64,000 nt of DNA from Kosmotogaceae bacterium (GTDB taxonomy: Bacteria > Thermotogota > Thermotogae > Petrotogales > Kosmotogaceae): the NCBI GenBank assembly GCA_036728705.1, contig DAIMTK010000010.1:3541-67540 (forward strand). The letters are read 5' to 3'. Position numbers and translations under genes: made by a program. Positions 1-10,465 of this stretch are shown here, one piece after another (positions within the stretch are counted from its first letter, which is position 1; each line of letters begins with the position of its first letter). The notes beneath the pieces are model-generated. The model did not search any database. It was not told the DNA's origin and saw nothing but the letters and a program-made list of their open reading frames with translations.

Positions 1-1
1 A

Positions 2-1525
2 AAGGGAATAAGGTGGTCGGATGGCGTTCCCCTCACTGCAGAAGACATAGTCTTCTGGTTTGAGGACATAAACCTTCAGAAGGAACTCACTCCTTCAATA
101 CCGGGATGGCTTAAAGCTCTAACTACAGTTCGCAAAGAGGGAGATTACACAGTTGTATTCGAGTTTTCCGATCCTTACCCACTGTTTCTTGAGAACATAT
201 GTCATCGCGGCGGAGGCAGATACACTGCCATGATCCAACCCAAGCACTACCTTACCCAATTTCATCCCAAGTACACTGAACCGGAAAAGCTAACTGTTCT
301 CGCGAAAGAGGCTGGCTTCGACACATGGTATGCGCATTTTGACTTCAAAAGAGATTTCATAAAGTGTGCAAATGTTCCAGTTCTCAGCGCCTGGAATCTT
401 ATCTCCGTATCCGATACCGAGCAGTTACTCACAAGGAATCCCTATTACTGGAAAGTGGATCCCGCCGGCAATCAGCTTCCGTATATTGATAGGGTAATCA
501 ATGAGGTAGTACTCAACGCAGAGACTCTTACGATGAAAACAGTGGCGGGCGCATACGATTTCCAGCCATACCGTCTTTCTCTTGCAGATTACAGTCTGTT
601 CAAAGAAAACGAAGCGAAGGGAGGCTACAAAGTTCTTCTCTGGGATACTGCTCTAGGAGCCAACTTGGCGATTATGCCAAATCTCAACAGCGCGGATCCC
701 TTTAAGAACGAGCTCTTCAACAGTCTTGACTTCAGGATCGCGCTATCACTGGCAATAAACAGAGAAGAGATCAACGATCTCTGCTACCTCGGTCTGTCAG
801 TACCGAGACAGGCAACGGTTATCGAAGGCTGCCCATACTATGCTGACGATCTTCCCGGGCTCTATGCAGAGTATGATCCGAAGAGAGCAAATGAGATTCT
901 AGATGCCCTGGGGCTTGACAAAAAGAATCGCCAGGGCCAGAGACTTAGGCCGGACGGCAGCGTTCTGGAATTAACGATTCTGACAACCGATATGACACTC
1001 TACGGACCCTGGGTTGATGTTGTTGATCTCATAAGTAATTACTTCAACAAAGTCGGAATCAAAACAGCATACGACGTACTATCTTCCACTCTCTACTCGC
1101 AAAGAAGAAGCTCTACCGATTTCGACATAATAACATGGGCCTGGGGAAGAGGGCTTCATCCGCTGCTCGAACCCGCGTTCATATTCCCGTATCTGCAGAC
1201 AGTTGGTGCCCCGTTATACGCTCTTTGGTACACATCTAAAGGAGAAAAAGGTGTCGAACCACCCGCAGTTATAAAGAATATCATGGCCATGTATGACAGA
1301 TTTGTTTTGACTCCGGATGATAATGAGCGACTCGAGATCGGCAAGGAGATTATCAGGATCAGTGCCGAGAACATCTGGATGATCGGTACTGTGGGAATCG
1401 CACCGAGCATTCTCATTAAGAAAGACTATTTCCGCAATGTTCCGGATAATGCTCTCTATGAGTACATAATGCAACACATAACGCATACTCAGGCAGAGCA
1501 GTATTTCATAAAATCCTCAAAGTAG
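2..1525 (+). CDS. ABC transporter substrate-binding protein, family 5 (Opp/Dpp type), 5'-truncated at window edge
   Basis: The frame of ORF 230..1525 stays open back to nt 2 (...WSDGVPLTAEDIVFWFEDINLQKE...). The sequence is family-5 SBP-like. Two permease and two ATPase genes follow. Confidence 0.85.
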   Translation, partial: KGIRWSDGVPLTAEDIVFWFEDINLQKELTPSIPGWLKALTTVRKEGDYTVVFEFSDPYPLFLENICHRGGGRYTAMIQPKHYLTQFHPKYTEPEKLTVLAKEAGFDTWYAHFDFKRDFIKCANVPVLSAWNLISVSDTEQLLTRNPYYWKVDPAGNQLPYIDRVINEVVLNAETLTMKTVAGAYDFQPYRLSLADYSLFKENEAKGGYKVLLWDTALGANLAIMPNLNSADPFKNELFNSLDFRIALSLAINREEINDLCYLGLSVPRQATVIEGCPYYADDLPGLYAEYDPKRANEILDALGLDKKNRQGQRLRPDGSVLELTILTTDMTLYGPWVDVVDLISNYFNKVGIKTAYDVLSSTLYSQRRSSTDFDIITWAWGRGLHPLLEPAFIFPYLQTVGAPLYALWYTSKGEKGVEPPAVIKNIMAMYDRFVLTPDDNERLEIGKEIIRISAENIWMIGTVGIAPSILIKKDYFRNVPDNALYEYIMQHITHTQAEQYFIKSSK

Positions 1526-1543
1526 ACTAATGGGAGGTTAAGC

Positions 1544-2446
1544 ATGCAGTTCTCGTATTTTTACGGTGGAATAGACAGCCATTTTCGGCTGATAGATAAT
1601 CTGGTTGCCTGGTCGGTTGAGTTCATAACACTTAATCACAGGCAGTGTGATTTCATACTGCAGAGCAAATTGCGGCAACTTGAGATCATAAACAGAGACT
1701 TCAAAAAGGCTGGAATAGCTATGCGGGCGCTGCATGCTCCATTTGGATTTGAGGATAATCTGTCCGATGAGAATGAGGAAAGGCGCCTGAAGACGCTTCA
1801 CATTCACAAGGAGATCATCAGGCGCTTACCCTCGTTGGGAATTGGAATACTCCATATTCATCCCAGTCTTGGCTCCGCTTTCGAGGATAGAAACGCTCCA
1901 AGAGAGATAATCTTCACCCAGCTTCTTAAGAGCCTTAAAGAGCTCGTATCTGTTGCCGGGGACTTTGATGTGAGACTTGGACTGGAGAATACGCCCGCTT
2001 CACTTGGATCGCCCGAAGAATTACTCTCGATAATGGAGGTTTTCAACTCACGAAGCCTTGGCGTTTGCTATGATACTGGACATGCTCATATAAGCAGCGG
2101 AGTTATTCACGGTATGAACATACTGGGCAAACACATTTTTGATTTCCATATCCACGACAACAATGCCGTTCAAGACAACCATCTACAGCCTCCATACGGA
2201 ACAATCGATTGGAAAAGCTTTATCGAGAAGGTTGCAGAGATCGGGTTCACGGGCCCATTGACGATCGAGTCTCTTTCGTGGGGCAATGCCGGTCTGGAAA
2301 GAATGGCAAGGGAGGTCGAAGCCTTCTTCTCAGGAAGGATAGTTCACTGGGAAGATGGTGATAAAAGGGGAATTGTCAGCTGCAGTGATTGTAGACACAT
2401 CTTCATACTGACGCCTACAGGTCCCAGTTGCTGCTGCAAAAAGTGA
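1544..2446 (+). CDS. sugar phosphate isomerase/epimerase (xylose-isomerase-like TIM barrel) with Cys-rich C-terminal tail
   Basis: Motifs LHAPFGF, ILHIHPS, LGLENTP, CYDTGHAH and FHIHDN...HLQPPYGTIDW match the AP_endonuc_2/TIM-barrel family. The tail is ...CSDCRHIFILTPTGPSCCCKK. Confidence 0.8.
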   Translation: MQFSYFYGGIDSHFRLIDNLVAWSVEFITLNHRQCDFILQSKLRQLEIINRDFKKAGIAMRALHAPFGFEDNLSDENEERRLKTLHIHKEIIRRLPSLGIGILHIHPSLGSAFEDRNAPREIIFTQLLKSLKELVSVAGDFDVRLGLENTPASLGSPEELLSIMEVFNSRSLGVCYDTGHAHISSGVIHGMNILGKHIFDFHIHDNNAVQDNHLQPPYGTIDWKSFIEKVAEIGFTGPLTIESLSWGNAGLERMAREVEAFFSGRIVHWEDGDKRGIVSCSDCRHIFILTPTGPSCCCKK

Positions 2447-2477
2447 CAATGCATCTGTAGATAACTCTTTTCAATAC

Positions 2478-3479
2478 TTGAAAAGGAGTTGGAGAGGTTT
2501 GGGAACTTTCATAATCAAGCGGTTATTGCTATTGATACCAACCTTGATTTTCATATCCATAGTCTCTTTCATAATAATACAGTTGCCACCGGGTGATTAT
2601 CTTACATCCTATATACAGGCTCTCGAAGCAACCGGTGCCACTGTGGACAAAGCCACAGTCGATGCCCTTGTGAAACGCTATGGCCTTGATCAGCCAATGT
2701 ACTTGCAGTACTTCAGATGGGTATTTGGAATGCTCAGAGGAGATTTCGGTTATTCATTCGAATGGAGTAGACCGGTAAGCGAGTTGATATGGAATCGTCT
2801 ATTACTGACTCTCTCGATTTCGGTGACGACCCTGCTTTTCACATGGTTAGTGGCCTTCCCCTTTGGTATTTATTCGGCAACACATCGATACTCGTTTGGT
2901 GATTATCTTGTGACTTTTCTTGGATTTGTTGGACTTGCAATACCGAACTTCATGCTAGCGTTGATCCTTATGTGGATCGCTTACAGCGCTTTTGACTTGA
3001 GTATAGGGGGGTTGTTCTCACCCGCTTTCGCAGAGGCAAGCTGGAGTTTCGCTAAATTCGTAGATCTACTTAAACACATTTGGATTCCAGTAATCGTCGT
3101 TGGAACAAGCGGAACTGCAGCTCTTATAAGAACTTTGAGAGCAAACTTGCTTGATGAGATGAGCAAACCCTACGTTATGACTGCAAGGGCAAAAGGTGTT
3201 TCCGAAAGAAAACTGCTCTTCAAATACCCATTGCGAGTAGCGATGATTCCCTTTGTAAGCACTGTCGGATGGTCGCTGCCTTTACTGATATCCGGAGAGA
3301 CGATCGTTGCAGTAGTACTGAATCTACCGACGACTGGTCCGTTGCTTCTAAGGTCTCTTCAGAGCCAGGATATGTACCTGGCGGGAAGTTTCATTGTTCT
3401 ACTGAGCGTTCTCACAGTCATAGGCACACTGATCTCGGACATCCTGCTGGCATGGCTGGATCCGCGGATCAGATCTTGA
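2478..3479 (+). CDS. ABC transporter permease (OppB/DppB-like)
   Basis: Multi-TM protein with an FIIKRLLLLIP N-terminus and an EAA-like loop (MTARAKGVSERKLLFKYPLR). The in-frame TTG at 2499, behind GGAGAGG, is a likely true start. Confidence 0.9.
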   Translation: MKRSWRGLGTFIIKRLLLLIPTLIFISIVSFIIIQLPPGDYLTSYIQALEATGATVDKATVDALVKRYGLDQPMYLQYFRWVFGMLRGDFGYSFEWSRPVSELIWNRLLLTLSISVTTLLFTWLVAFPFGIYSATHRYSFGDYLVTFLGFVGLAIPNFMLALILMWIAYSAFDLSIGGLFSPAFAEASWSFAKFVDLLKHIWIPVIVVGTSGTAALIRTLRANLLDEMSKPYVMTARAKGVSERKLLFKYPLRVAMIPFVSTVGWSLPLLISGETIVAVVLNLPTTGPLLLRSLQSQDMYLAGSFIVLLSVLTVIGTLISDILLAWLDPRIRS

Positions 3480-3489
3480 GGAGGAAAGG

Positions 3490-4668
3490 ATGTTCAGGAA
3501 GAAGAGAGAAAAGACATGTTCAGAGACGCTTCTAGTAGAGCAAGACACTTCTCTCTCAGTATCAGTAGGTGTTGAAGAACTTCCTCTGGAAGAAATACTT
3601 GTGGCTTCTCAATGGAAGCTGATGTGGTGGAAGTTCAAGAAGCACAAACTGGCGGTTTTCAGTGGGATTGTGCTGATAATCCTGTACGTTGTCGGTGCCT
3701 TCTGCGAATTCCTTTCTCCTTACGATCCCAATGAATATCGCACGAGATACGCCTTTGCTCCTCCGCAGCTGATAAGATTTGTGGGGGAGGAAGGATTCTC
3801 TTTTCGCCCCTTTGTGTACGGATACAAAAGCAGCATAAACAGAGAAACTCTTAGACGTGAATACACGATTGACAAAGACCAGGTTTATCCAATCAAGTTT
3901 TTCGTTAGGGGTGAACCATACAAGTTCTGGGGAATATGGGAAACGGATATTCGTTTCATTGGTACCGAAGGAGGCGTGCTGTTCCTATTGGGAACAGACA
4001 GATTAGGAAGAGACGTACTTTCGAGAATTCTTTACGGTGCTAGGATCTCTCTTTCTGTAGGCTTGTTTGGAGTCTTCCTAAGTCTTGTTCTGGGAATCAT
4101 AATAGGTGGTCTTTCAGGGTATTTCGGTGGAACAATTGATATGATAGTTCAGAGACTAATCGAGTTCTTGAGATGTATTCCAACAATACCTCTGTGGATG
4201 GCTTTGAGTGCAGCCCTACCGGCTCAGTGGCCTCCATTGAGAGTATATTTTGGAGTAACAATCATACTGTCTCTGATAGGATGGACAGGCCTGGCTAGGG
4301 TTGTTAGAAGCAAGTTTCTTTCTTTGAGGGAAGAAGAGTTCGTTCTTGCAGCCAGACTTGCTGGAGCTGGTCGAATGCGTATTATAGTGAGACATATGGT
4401 TCCTTCATTCTTAAGTCACATAATTGCCTCTATCACTCTTGCGATACCCAACATGATTCTGGGAGAAACAAGCTTGAGTTTTTTGGGCGTCGGTCTAAGA
4501 CCGCCGGTAATAAGCTGGGGAGTACTCCTAAAAGAAGCACAGAACGTGAGGACTATAGCACTGACTCCCTGGCTGCTTGTTCCAGGCGTCTTCGTAATAG
4601 TTGCGGTACTTGCTTTCAACTTCCTCGGCGATGGTTTGAGAGACGCTGCCGATCCTTATGTCAGATAG
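3490..4668 (+). CDS. ABC transporter permease (OppC/DppC-like)
   Basis: Long N-terminal extension followed by a BPD_transp_1-type core (LGTDRLGRDVLSRILYGARISL, ...LAARLAGAGRMRIIVRHMVP). Confidence 0.9.
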   Translation: MFRKKREKTCSETLLVEQDTSLSVSVGVEELPLEEILVASQWKLMWWKFKKHKLAVFSGIVLIILYVVGAFCEFLSPYDPNEYRTRYAFAPPQLIRFVGEEGFSFRPFVYGYKSSINRETLRREYTIDKDQVYPIKFFVRGEPYKFWGIWETDIRFIGTEGGVLFLLGTDRLGRDVLSRILYGARISLSVGLFGVFLSLVLGIIIGGLSGYFGGTIDMIVQRLIEFLRCIPTIPLWMALSAALPAQWPPLRVYFGVTIILSLIGWTGLARVVRSKFLSLREEEFVLAARLAGAGRMRIIVRHMVPSFLSHIIASITLAIPNMILGETSLSFLGVGLRPPVISWGVLLKEAQNVRTIALTPWLLVPGVFVIVAVLAFNFLGDGLRDAADPYVR

Positions 4669-4683
4669 AATGGAGCGATCGAG

Positions 4684-5691
4684 ATGGACAATAAACTCAT
4701 TGAGATAAAAAACCTGCAGACGTATTTCTTTACGGATGAAGCCACGGTCAAGGCTCTGGACGGCGTCTCCTTCGACATATATAGGGGAGAGGTTCTCGGT
4801 GTTGTCGGTGAGAGTGGTTGTGGGAAGAGCGTCACTGCTCTATCGATCCTGAGAATCCTTGGAGAGAGAGGGAAAATCGTTGGTGGGAACATAATCTTCC
4901 ACAGAGATGAGAAAGAGATAGATCTCACGAAGCTAAATCCCAAAGGGAAGGAAATAATGGAGATAAGGGGCAAAGAAATCTCAATGATATTTCAGGAACC
5001 CATGACTTCATTCAGTCCGGTACACACAGTTGGAAATCAGATCATGGAAGCGATGATCATTCATCAGCATCTGGACAAGAAACGGGCCAGGGAAAGGGCG
5101 ATCGAGATGTTGAGGAAGGCCAACATACCAAGACCGGAAACATGCGTTGACCGTTACCCTCATCAGCTAAGCGGAGGAATGCGACAGCGCGCTATGATCG
5201 CAATGGCTCTATCGTGTAATCCGAAACTTCTTATAGCTGATGAGCCAACGACAGCGCTGGATGTGACAATTCAAGCGCAGATACTCGATCTTATGAAGCA
5301 ATTGCAAAAGGAGTCAGATATGTCGATAATGATGATCACTCATAATCTGGGTGTTGTAGCCGAAACTTCTCGTAATGTTGTAATAATGTATCTTGGGAGA
5401 GTTGTGGAGACCGCTACTGTGGTTCAGATCTTCAATAATCCGCTTCATCCTTACACAAAGGCTCTGCTCAGATCGATCCCCAGAATTGGCAAGAAAAGCG
5501 GGAAACACCTGGCATCAATCGAAGGAACTGTACCCGATGCATCCAGAGTTCCCCCAGGTTGCCCTTTTCATCCTAGATGTGAGTCTTTTATGAAGGGCAT
5601 CTGTGATCTGAAGAGACCCGAGATAAACACACCTGAGCCAAATCATACAGTTTCCTGCCACTTATACGGTGATAATGATGACGACGAATGA
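4684..5691 (+). CDS. ABC transporter ATP-binding protein (OppD/DppD-like)
   Basis: Walker A GESGCGKS, signature LSGGMRQR, Walker B LLIADEPTTALD, and an oligopeptide-type C-terminal domain (PGCPFHPRC). Confidence 0.95.
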   Translation: MDNKLIEIKNLQTYFFTDEATVKALDGVSFDIYRGEVLGVVGESGCGKSVTALSILRILGERGKIVGGNIIFHRDEKEIDLTKLNPKGKEIMEIRGKEISMIFQEPMTSFSPVHTVGNQIMEAMIIHQHLDKKRARERAIEMLRKANIPRPETCVDRYPHQLSGGMRQRAMIAMALSCNPKLLIADEPTTALDVTIQAQILDLMKQLQKESDMSIMMITHNLGVVAETSRNVVIMYLGRVVETATVVQIFNNPLHPYTKALLRSIPRIGKKSGKHLASIEGTVPDASRVPPGCPFHPRCESFMKGICDLKRPEINTPEPNHTVSCHLYGDNDDDE

Positions 5692-6697
5692 AGAACTACT
5701 TAGAGTAAGCAATCTAAAGAAGTATTATCCTATTCAAAAAGGCTTGTTCAAGAAGACCATAGGTTTTGTCAAAGCCGTAGATGACATCTCCTTCAATATA
5801 GAGATGGGAGAGACCTTTGGACTGGTTGGAGAAAGCGGTTGCGGCAAAACTACAACCGGACGTTGCATTCTTAGAGCTATTGAACCAACTGCAGGAGAGA
5901 TACTGTTCAAGGACAGTGGATCCTTCGTAGACGTTTCCAAACTTTCTTCAAGCGATCTTAAGAGACTGCGTCGAGAGATGCAGTTGATATTTCAGGACCC
6001 ATATTCTTCGCTGAATCCTAGAATGACCGTTCTTGACATAGTAGCTGAGCCTCTTCTCGTAAATGGTATGAGAAAGCACTCAGAAAGAAAGACTCGCGTA
6101 GCGGATCTGCTGAGCAGAGTAGGTATAAGGCCAGAGTACATGAACCGCTATCCACATGCCTTCAGCGGAGGTCAAAGGCAGAGAATATGCATTGCCAGGG
6201 CTCTGGCTCTGAATCCGAAATTTGTCGTTTGCGATGAGTCGGTTTCCGCACTGGATGTCTCCATACAGGCACAGATACTGAATCTCCTCCAGGACCTTCA
6301 ACAGGAATTTGGGTTGACGTATCTCTTTATTGCCCACGACCTTAGTGTAGTCGAACATATAAGCAATAGAGTTGCGGTGATGTACGTTGGCAAGATCGTT
6401 GAGATCTCGGAAACGGAGAATTTGTTTGTTAACCCGGCACACCCATACACTGAAGCACTAATCTCCGCCGTCCCAAAGACTGATCCAGAGCTGAAATCGC
6501 AGCCAATCATTCTCAAAGGCGAGGTTGCAGATCCTTCTAATCCTCCCGCAGGGTGCAGTTTCCATCCGCGCTGCATGTATGCGAAAGAGATTTGCAGCAG
6601 TATTGAGCCTTCGCTAACGAATATAAGTGAAGATTCCCTAAAAGAGCACTACGTAGCGTGTCACTTCGCTTTGGAGCTGCGATTAAAGGGTATTTAG
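5669..6697 (+). CDS. ABC transporter ATP-binding protein (OppF/DppF-like)
   Basis: Walker A GESGCGKTT, signature FSGGQRQR, Walker B VVCDESVSALD, and a C-terminal PAGCSFHPRC. It overlaps the upstream ATPase stop. ATG codons at 5675 and 5678 are alternative starts. Confidence 0.95.
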   Translation: MIMMTTNEELLRVSNLKKYYPIQKGLFKKTIGFVKAVDDISFNIEMGETFGLVGESGCGKTTTGRCILRAIEPTAGEILFKDSGSFVDVSKLSSSDLKRLRREMQLIFQDPYSSLNPRMTVLDIVAEPLLVNGMRKHSERKTRVADLLSRVGIRPEYMNRYPHAFSGGQRQRICIARALALNPKFVVCDESVSALDVSIQAQILNLLQDLQQEFGLTYLFIAHDLSVVEHISNRVAVMYVGKIVEISETENLFVNPAHPYTEALISAVPKTDPELKSQPIILKGEVADPSNPPAGCSFHPRCMYAKEICSSIEPSLTNISEDSLKEHYVACHFALELRLKGI

Positions 6698-6840
6698 AGC
6701 CAGCCTTCTGGGATACTGAAGGCATCGGATCGCACAGTCAATAGAATTCGATCTCACGTTCTCCACCAATCAATCCCCGAAGAATCCCGATTATGTTTTC
6801 CGAGATCTTTATCAGTACCAATTCATTCCATAGAAACGCG

Positions 6841-6861
6841 GGTTTCCGAAGCCCGGAAACT
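6841..6861 (-). terminator. hairpin downstream of the GNAT gene (weak terminator candidate)
   Basis: 7-bp stem GTTTCCG/CGGAAAC with a 5-nt loop, about 30 nt after the stop of the minus-strand gene. The U-tract is only short and interrupted. Confidence 0.35.
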
Positions 6862-6890
6862 CTAGACTCGCCTAACGCTTTTGCAGTTCT

Positions 6891-7859
6891 TCATATATAG
6901 TCGAAGCCATAATCAGGCAGAGGCACGGGCAGTCCGGCAATAGAGTCCTCTGTAAGTGCAAATCTGGTGAACTGCTCGGCCGACATTTTCGTGGCTTCTC
7001 TTTCAAGAGCTTTGAACCCTTCAGGTTTTATGGTCTCTCTGAAGTAACCTTCGAGCTGTTTCAGGAAGTTCTCGATGGAGATTATTTTCATAGTTCCTTC
7101 GAAGCCGCACGGAGTCTTCTCATTGCCTTTGAAGAATCTGTCGACGGTCATCACCGCTTGAGATTCTCCACTCAATTGAAGATAGCCTCTGGCAGTTCTC
7201 AAGACGTTCTCTTCATGGCCGCCATATTCTACGATATGTGGACGGTTATTTCGCTTTATTACTGTTATGTAAGATTCCTCTCCCAAATACGTTTTAGCCT
7301 CTTTTGCCATTACTCTGCCGGTTGAGAAAACTCTGGAGAACTCCGAGAGATCCCTGATATACCTAACAGGTTTCGTGCGGTAGAGTCCAAGGATTCTCTC
7401 GATATCACCTTCAGTGGCTTCTCTTACATCGCAACATTCACCAGAAGTGACATTCAACTTGAAGAATCCGCCGGGAGTTATGGCGCCAAATCTACTGTAG
7501 AGACCTCTCGTTCCAGATATTACGAAGATAGATATCTCTTTCTCTATAGCCAATTTCTCACTCATTTCCAGAGTCAGCCTTCCATAATCTCTTCCTCTGT
7601 AGTCGCTATGGGTACAGACAGCCCCGATGAGGCCGACCTTCAACCGGTGACCGAATATTGAGATTTCTCTCGGAAGCATTCCGATCATCGTAACGGGTCT
7701 TCCGTCTTCTCTGATTACCGTCATGTTCTGGATGTTTTCTTCTGAGAATAAAAGAGGGAAGCTCAAACCCATATCGGCCTTGAAGACCCGACTGGAAAGC
7801 TCTATCATTGCAGGTATATCTTCTATCTTTGAAACTACTGGAGAAACGATAATAACCAC
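6891..7859 (-). CDS. GNAT family N-acetyltransferase with C-terminal extension (Eis-like architecture)
   Basis: Acetyl-CoA-binding-like segment GAVCTHSDYRGRDYGRLTLE, plus an additional domain of about 170 aa. Confidence 0.7.
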   Translation of the reverse strand: MVIIVSPVVSKIEDIPAMIELSSRVFKADMGLSFPLLFSEENIQNMTVIREDGRPVTMIGMLPREISIFGHRLKVGLIGAVCTHSDYRGRDYGRLTLEMSEKLAIEKEISIFVISGTRGLYSRFGAITPGGFFKLNVTSGECCDVREATEGDIERILGLYRTKPVRYIRDLSEFSRVFSTGRVMAKEAKTYLGEESYITVIKRNNRPHIVEYGGHEENVLRTARGYLQLSGESQAVMTVDRFFKGNEKTPCGFEGTMKIISIENFLKQLEGYFRETIKPEGFKALEREATKMSAEQFTRFALTEDSIAGLPVPLPDYGFDYI

Positions 7860-7965
7860 CTCTTTTGTTCATTCTTCTACATAAATGATAATCTCATAAA
7901 TGCCTGTTAGTAGCAAGATTGTGATTAAATATACTTTGATGCCAAAAGGAGAAAGGGTGATTTAG

Positions 7966-9135
7966 TTGTCAGAGACAGTTCACAGAATACAGGTTGAAGA
8001 TAAAGAGATTATACTTATCGGAACTGCGCATGTTTCAAAGAATAGTGCCGAAGAAGTAAAACAGATCATCGAACAGGAGAAGCCGGACTCTGTTGCCGTA
8101 GAGCTCTGCAACTCACGTTACCAGTCAATGCAGGACAGAGACCGATGGAATAAGACCGATATAGCGAAAGTAATCAAAGAGAAGAAGTCCTTCCTTCTGC
8201 TCTCAAATCTGATACTCTCTTCTTATCAGAAAAGAATGGCCAAACAGATAGGTATTCAGGCCGGTCAGGAAATGATCCAGGCCATTGAGTCCGCAAAAGA
8301 TAACGGAGCCCAACTGGTTCTGGCCGACAGGGACATTCAGGTTACGTTTGCCAGGATCTGGGGAAATTTAGGCTTCTGGGGAAAGTTTAAACTGTTCTTC
8401 AGCCTTGTACTGGCTATCTTCAGCGACGAGAAGATTACCGAAGAAGAGCTTGACAAGCTCAAGTCGGGAGATATGTTGACATCGGCTCTAAGTGAATTAT
8501 CGAAATCCTTTCCCGAATTGAAAGAGACCCTGATCGACGAGAGAGACCGCTATTTGGCACAGAAGATAAAGGATGCTCCGGGAAAGAAGATTGTAGCGGT
8601 TGTGGGCGCTGGCCACGTTCCCGGCTTAAAGGAAGCCATAAATGAGGAACAGGATCTATCAGCGCTTAATAAGATTCCCCCGAAGAAGAAAACGGGGAAG
8701 ATTATCGGCTGGACGATCTCTATTCTCATTATCTCTCTCATTGTCGCCACGATAATAGTGAATCGCGATGCGGGTATAGATCAGATTCTCACCTGGATAC
8801 TCTGGAACGGATCATTATCGGCGCTGGGAACTCTTGCAGCATTTGGCCATCCGCTTTCAATTCTAACCGCTTTCTTCATTGCTCCAGTGAGCTCGCTAAA
8901 TCCGCTCCTCGCTGCCGGATGGTTTGCCGGCCTCACAGAGGCGTTTGTCAGAAAGCCCAAGGTTTCGGATTTCGAAAACCTGAGCGAAGACGTAAACTCC
9001 TTTAAGGGCTTCTGGAGGAACCGGGTAACACGGATTCTGCTTGTTGTAGTCTTTGCCAACATCGGTAGCACCGTTGGAACATTCATCGGCGGAGCTGACG
9101 TCGTGAGGATTTTCATAAGATCCTTCTGGGGATGA
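7966..9135 (+). CDS. TraB/GumN family protein
   Basis: N-terminus IILIGTAHVSKNSAEEV...PDSVAVELC and GAGHVPGL are typical of the TraB family. There are C-terminal TM helices. TTG start behind GGAGAAAGGGTG. Confidence 0.8.
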   Translation: MSETVHRIQVEDKEIILIGTAHVSKNSAEEVKQIIEQEKPDSVAVELCNSRYQSMQDRDRWNKTDIAKVIKEKKSFLLLSNLILSSYQKRMAKQIGIQAGQEMIQAIESAKDNGAQLVLADRDIQVTFARIWGNLGFWGKFKLFFSLVLAIFSDEKITEEELDKLKSGDMLTSALSELSKSFPELKETLIDERDRYLAQKIKDAPGKKIVAVVGAGHVPGLKEAINEEQDLSALNKIPPKKKTGKIIGWTISILIISLIVATIIVNRDAGIDQILTWILWNGSLSALGTLAAFGHPLSILTAFFIAPVSSLNPLLAAGWFAGLTEAFVRKPKVSDFENLSEDVNSFKGFWRNRVTRILLVVVFANIGSTVGTFIGGADVVRIFIRSFWG

Positions 9136-9279
9136 TCAACTAATAGCCTACGAAAGTAGTAGAGATCGAGAAAACTGAGAGCTATTTCACAGTTTCAGAA
9201 CAGCCTCCGGCATTTCGGCAACGACTGCTAGAACTGATGTTATAATTGGTTAGTTTTTCGTACTTCAGGAGGGCTCTTG

Positions 9280-10461
9280 ATGCCTGGCAGACGTTTGCCA
9301 TTAATGATGTCTTCTCTACTGGTTTTTGCCGCTATGTTCAGCTTCGGTATGCTCTTACAACTGAAACTCCGTGAGCTCGGGGCGTCGTTGCTGTTAATAG
9401 GTCTTCTGACAACTGTCAGGGGAGCGGTTGAGACTTTCGGATCTCCCGCATGGGGTGCGATATCCGATGGTTTCAAGAAAAGAAGATACTTCCTTCTCGT
9501 GACTACTGCCGTTCCGGGAGTTCTCTACTTCTTCTTTTCAGTTATAGAGATTCCGGCAGGGTTCATTATGCTTTCCGGATTGATTGCGTTTTTCACGGCC
9601 GGATTCGAGCCCATTGCTATGGCCCTTAGCACCGAGCGTTCTAGAGACTCTGTACGCAATACTTCCAGAGAACTGTCTTTGCTGAATTCCGCAAACTCTA
9701 TGGGTATGTTTTCCGGCAGGCTATTGTTGGCGTTGTTACTTCTCTTCTTCACGGTAAGTATGACGATCAAGTGGTTTGCATCACTGGCTCTTATAGCAGC
9801 CATTCCGATACTCTTTGTACGCGAAGGAGAGCGAAAGACTACGCACAGGAAAGGCTTTCTGACCAGACTCTTCCCGCTCACTTCCGATGCTTCTCCACTA
9901 TTGAAAAACGGTCTCTGGGCCGTCTATATGGGAACGCTCCTGAGACAGCTGGGTATTGCAGGGGCCACTTCGATTATTGCGGTGTATCTCACTGAAACGG
10001 TCGGGCTGAGCGGGTCACTAACAGCAGCAATAACTGCTATAAACCCATTTATGCAGATCTTCTCCCATATCTTCTTCGGAAGGATCATATACAGAATCGG
10101 CGCCAGGAAGAGTACTCTCTTTGGGATTGGCCTGACAGTTGTTTCCGTTCTCTGTTTCGCTTTCGCGTGGGACTGGATGCTTATAGCTGCCGGTTACTTT
10201 ACTCTTGGTATAGCCTTTGGAGCTTTCATCAATGGAGCGGGAACTATGATAGCTCTTGGAGCCCCGCCCGAGCGAAGGGCCGAGTTTCTCGGTTTGTTGC
10301 GTTCTTCAAGAGCTGTGGGCTTCATGATTGGACCACTTGTTGCGGGAACAATAGCCGAAATCTCCTTCTTTGCCATGTTTGTTACTATGGGAATTCTCGC
10401 TCTTATAGGCGGAATAATAGTGGCGGCTTTCACGCGGAACTCGCCTATTGTTGTTCAGTAG
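9280..10461 (+). CDS. MFS transporter
   Basis: About 12 predicted hydrophobic helices and an MFS-like loop (GAISDGFKKRR). ATG at 9280 lies behind AGGAGGG. Confidence 0.8.
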   Translation: MPGRRLPLMMSSLLVFAAMFSFGMLLQLKLRELGASLLLIGLLTTVRGAVETFGSPAWGAISDGFKKRRYFLLVTTAVPGVLYFFFSVIEIPAGFIMLSGLIAFFTAGFEPIAMALSTERSRDSVRNTSRELSLLNSANSMGMFSGRLLLALLLLFFTVSMTIKWFASLALIAAIPILFVREGERKTTHRKGFLTRLFPLTSDASPLLKNGLWAVYMGTLLRQLGIAGATSIIAVYLTETVGLSGSLTAAITAINPFMQIFSHIFFGRIIYRIGARKSTLFGIGLTVVSVLCFAFAWDWMLIAAGYFTLGIAFGAFINGAGTMIALGAPPERRAEFLGLLRSSRAVGFMIGPLVAGTIAEISFFAMFVTMGILALIGGIIVAAFTRNSPIVVQ

Positions 10462-10465
10462 AATG

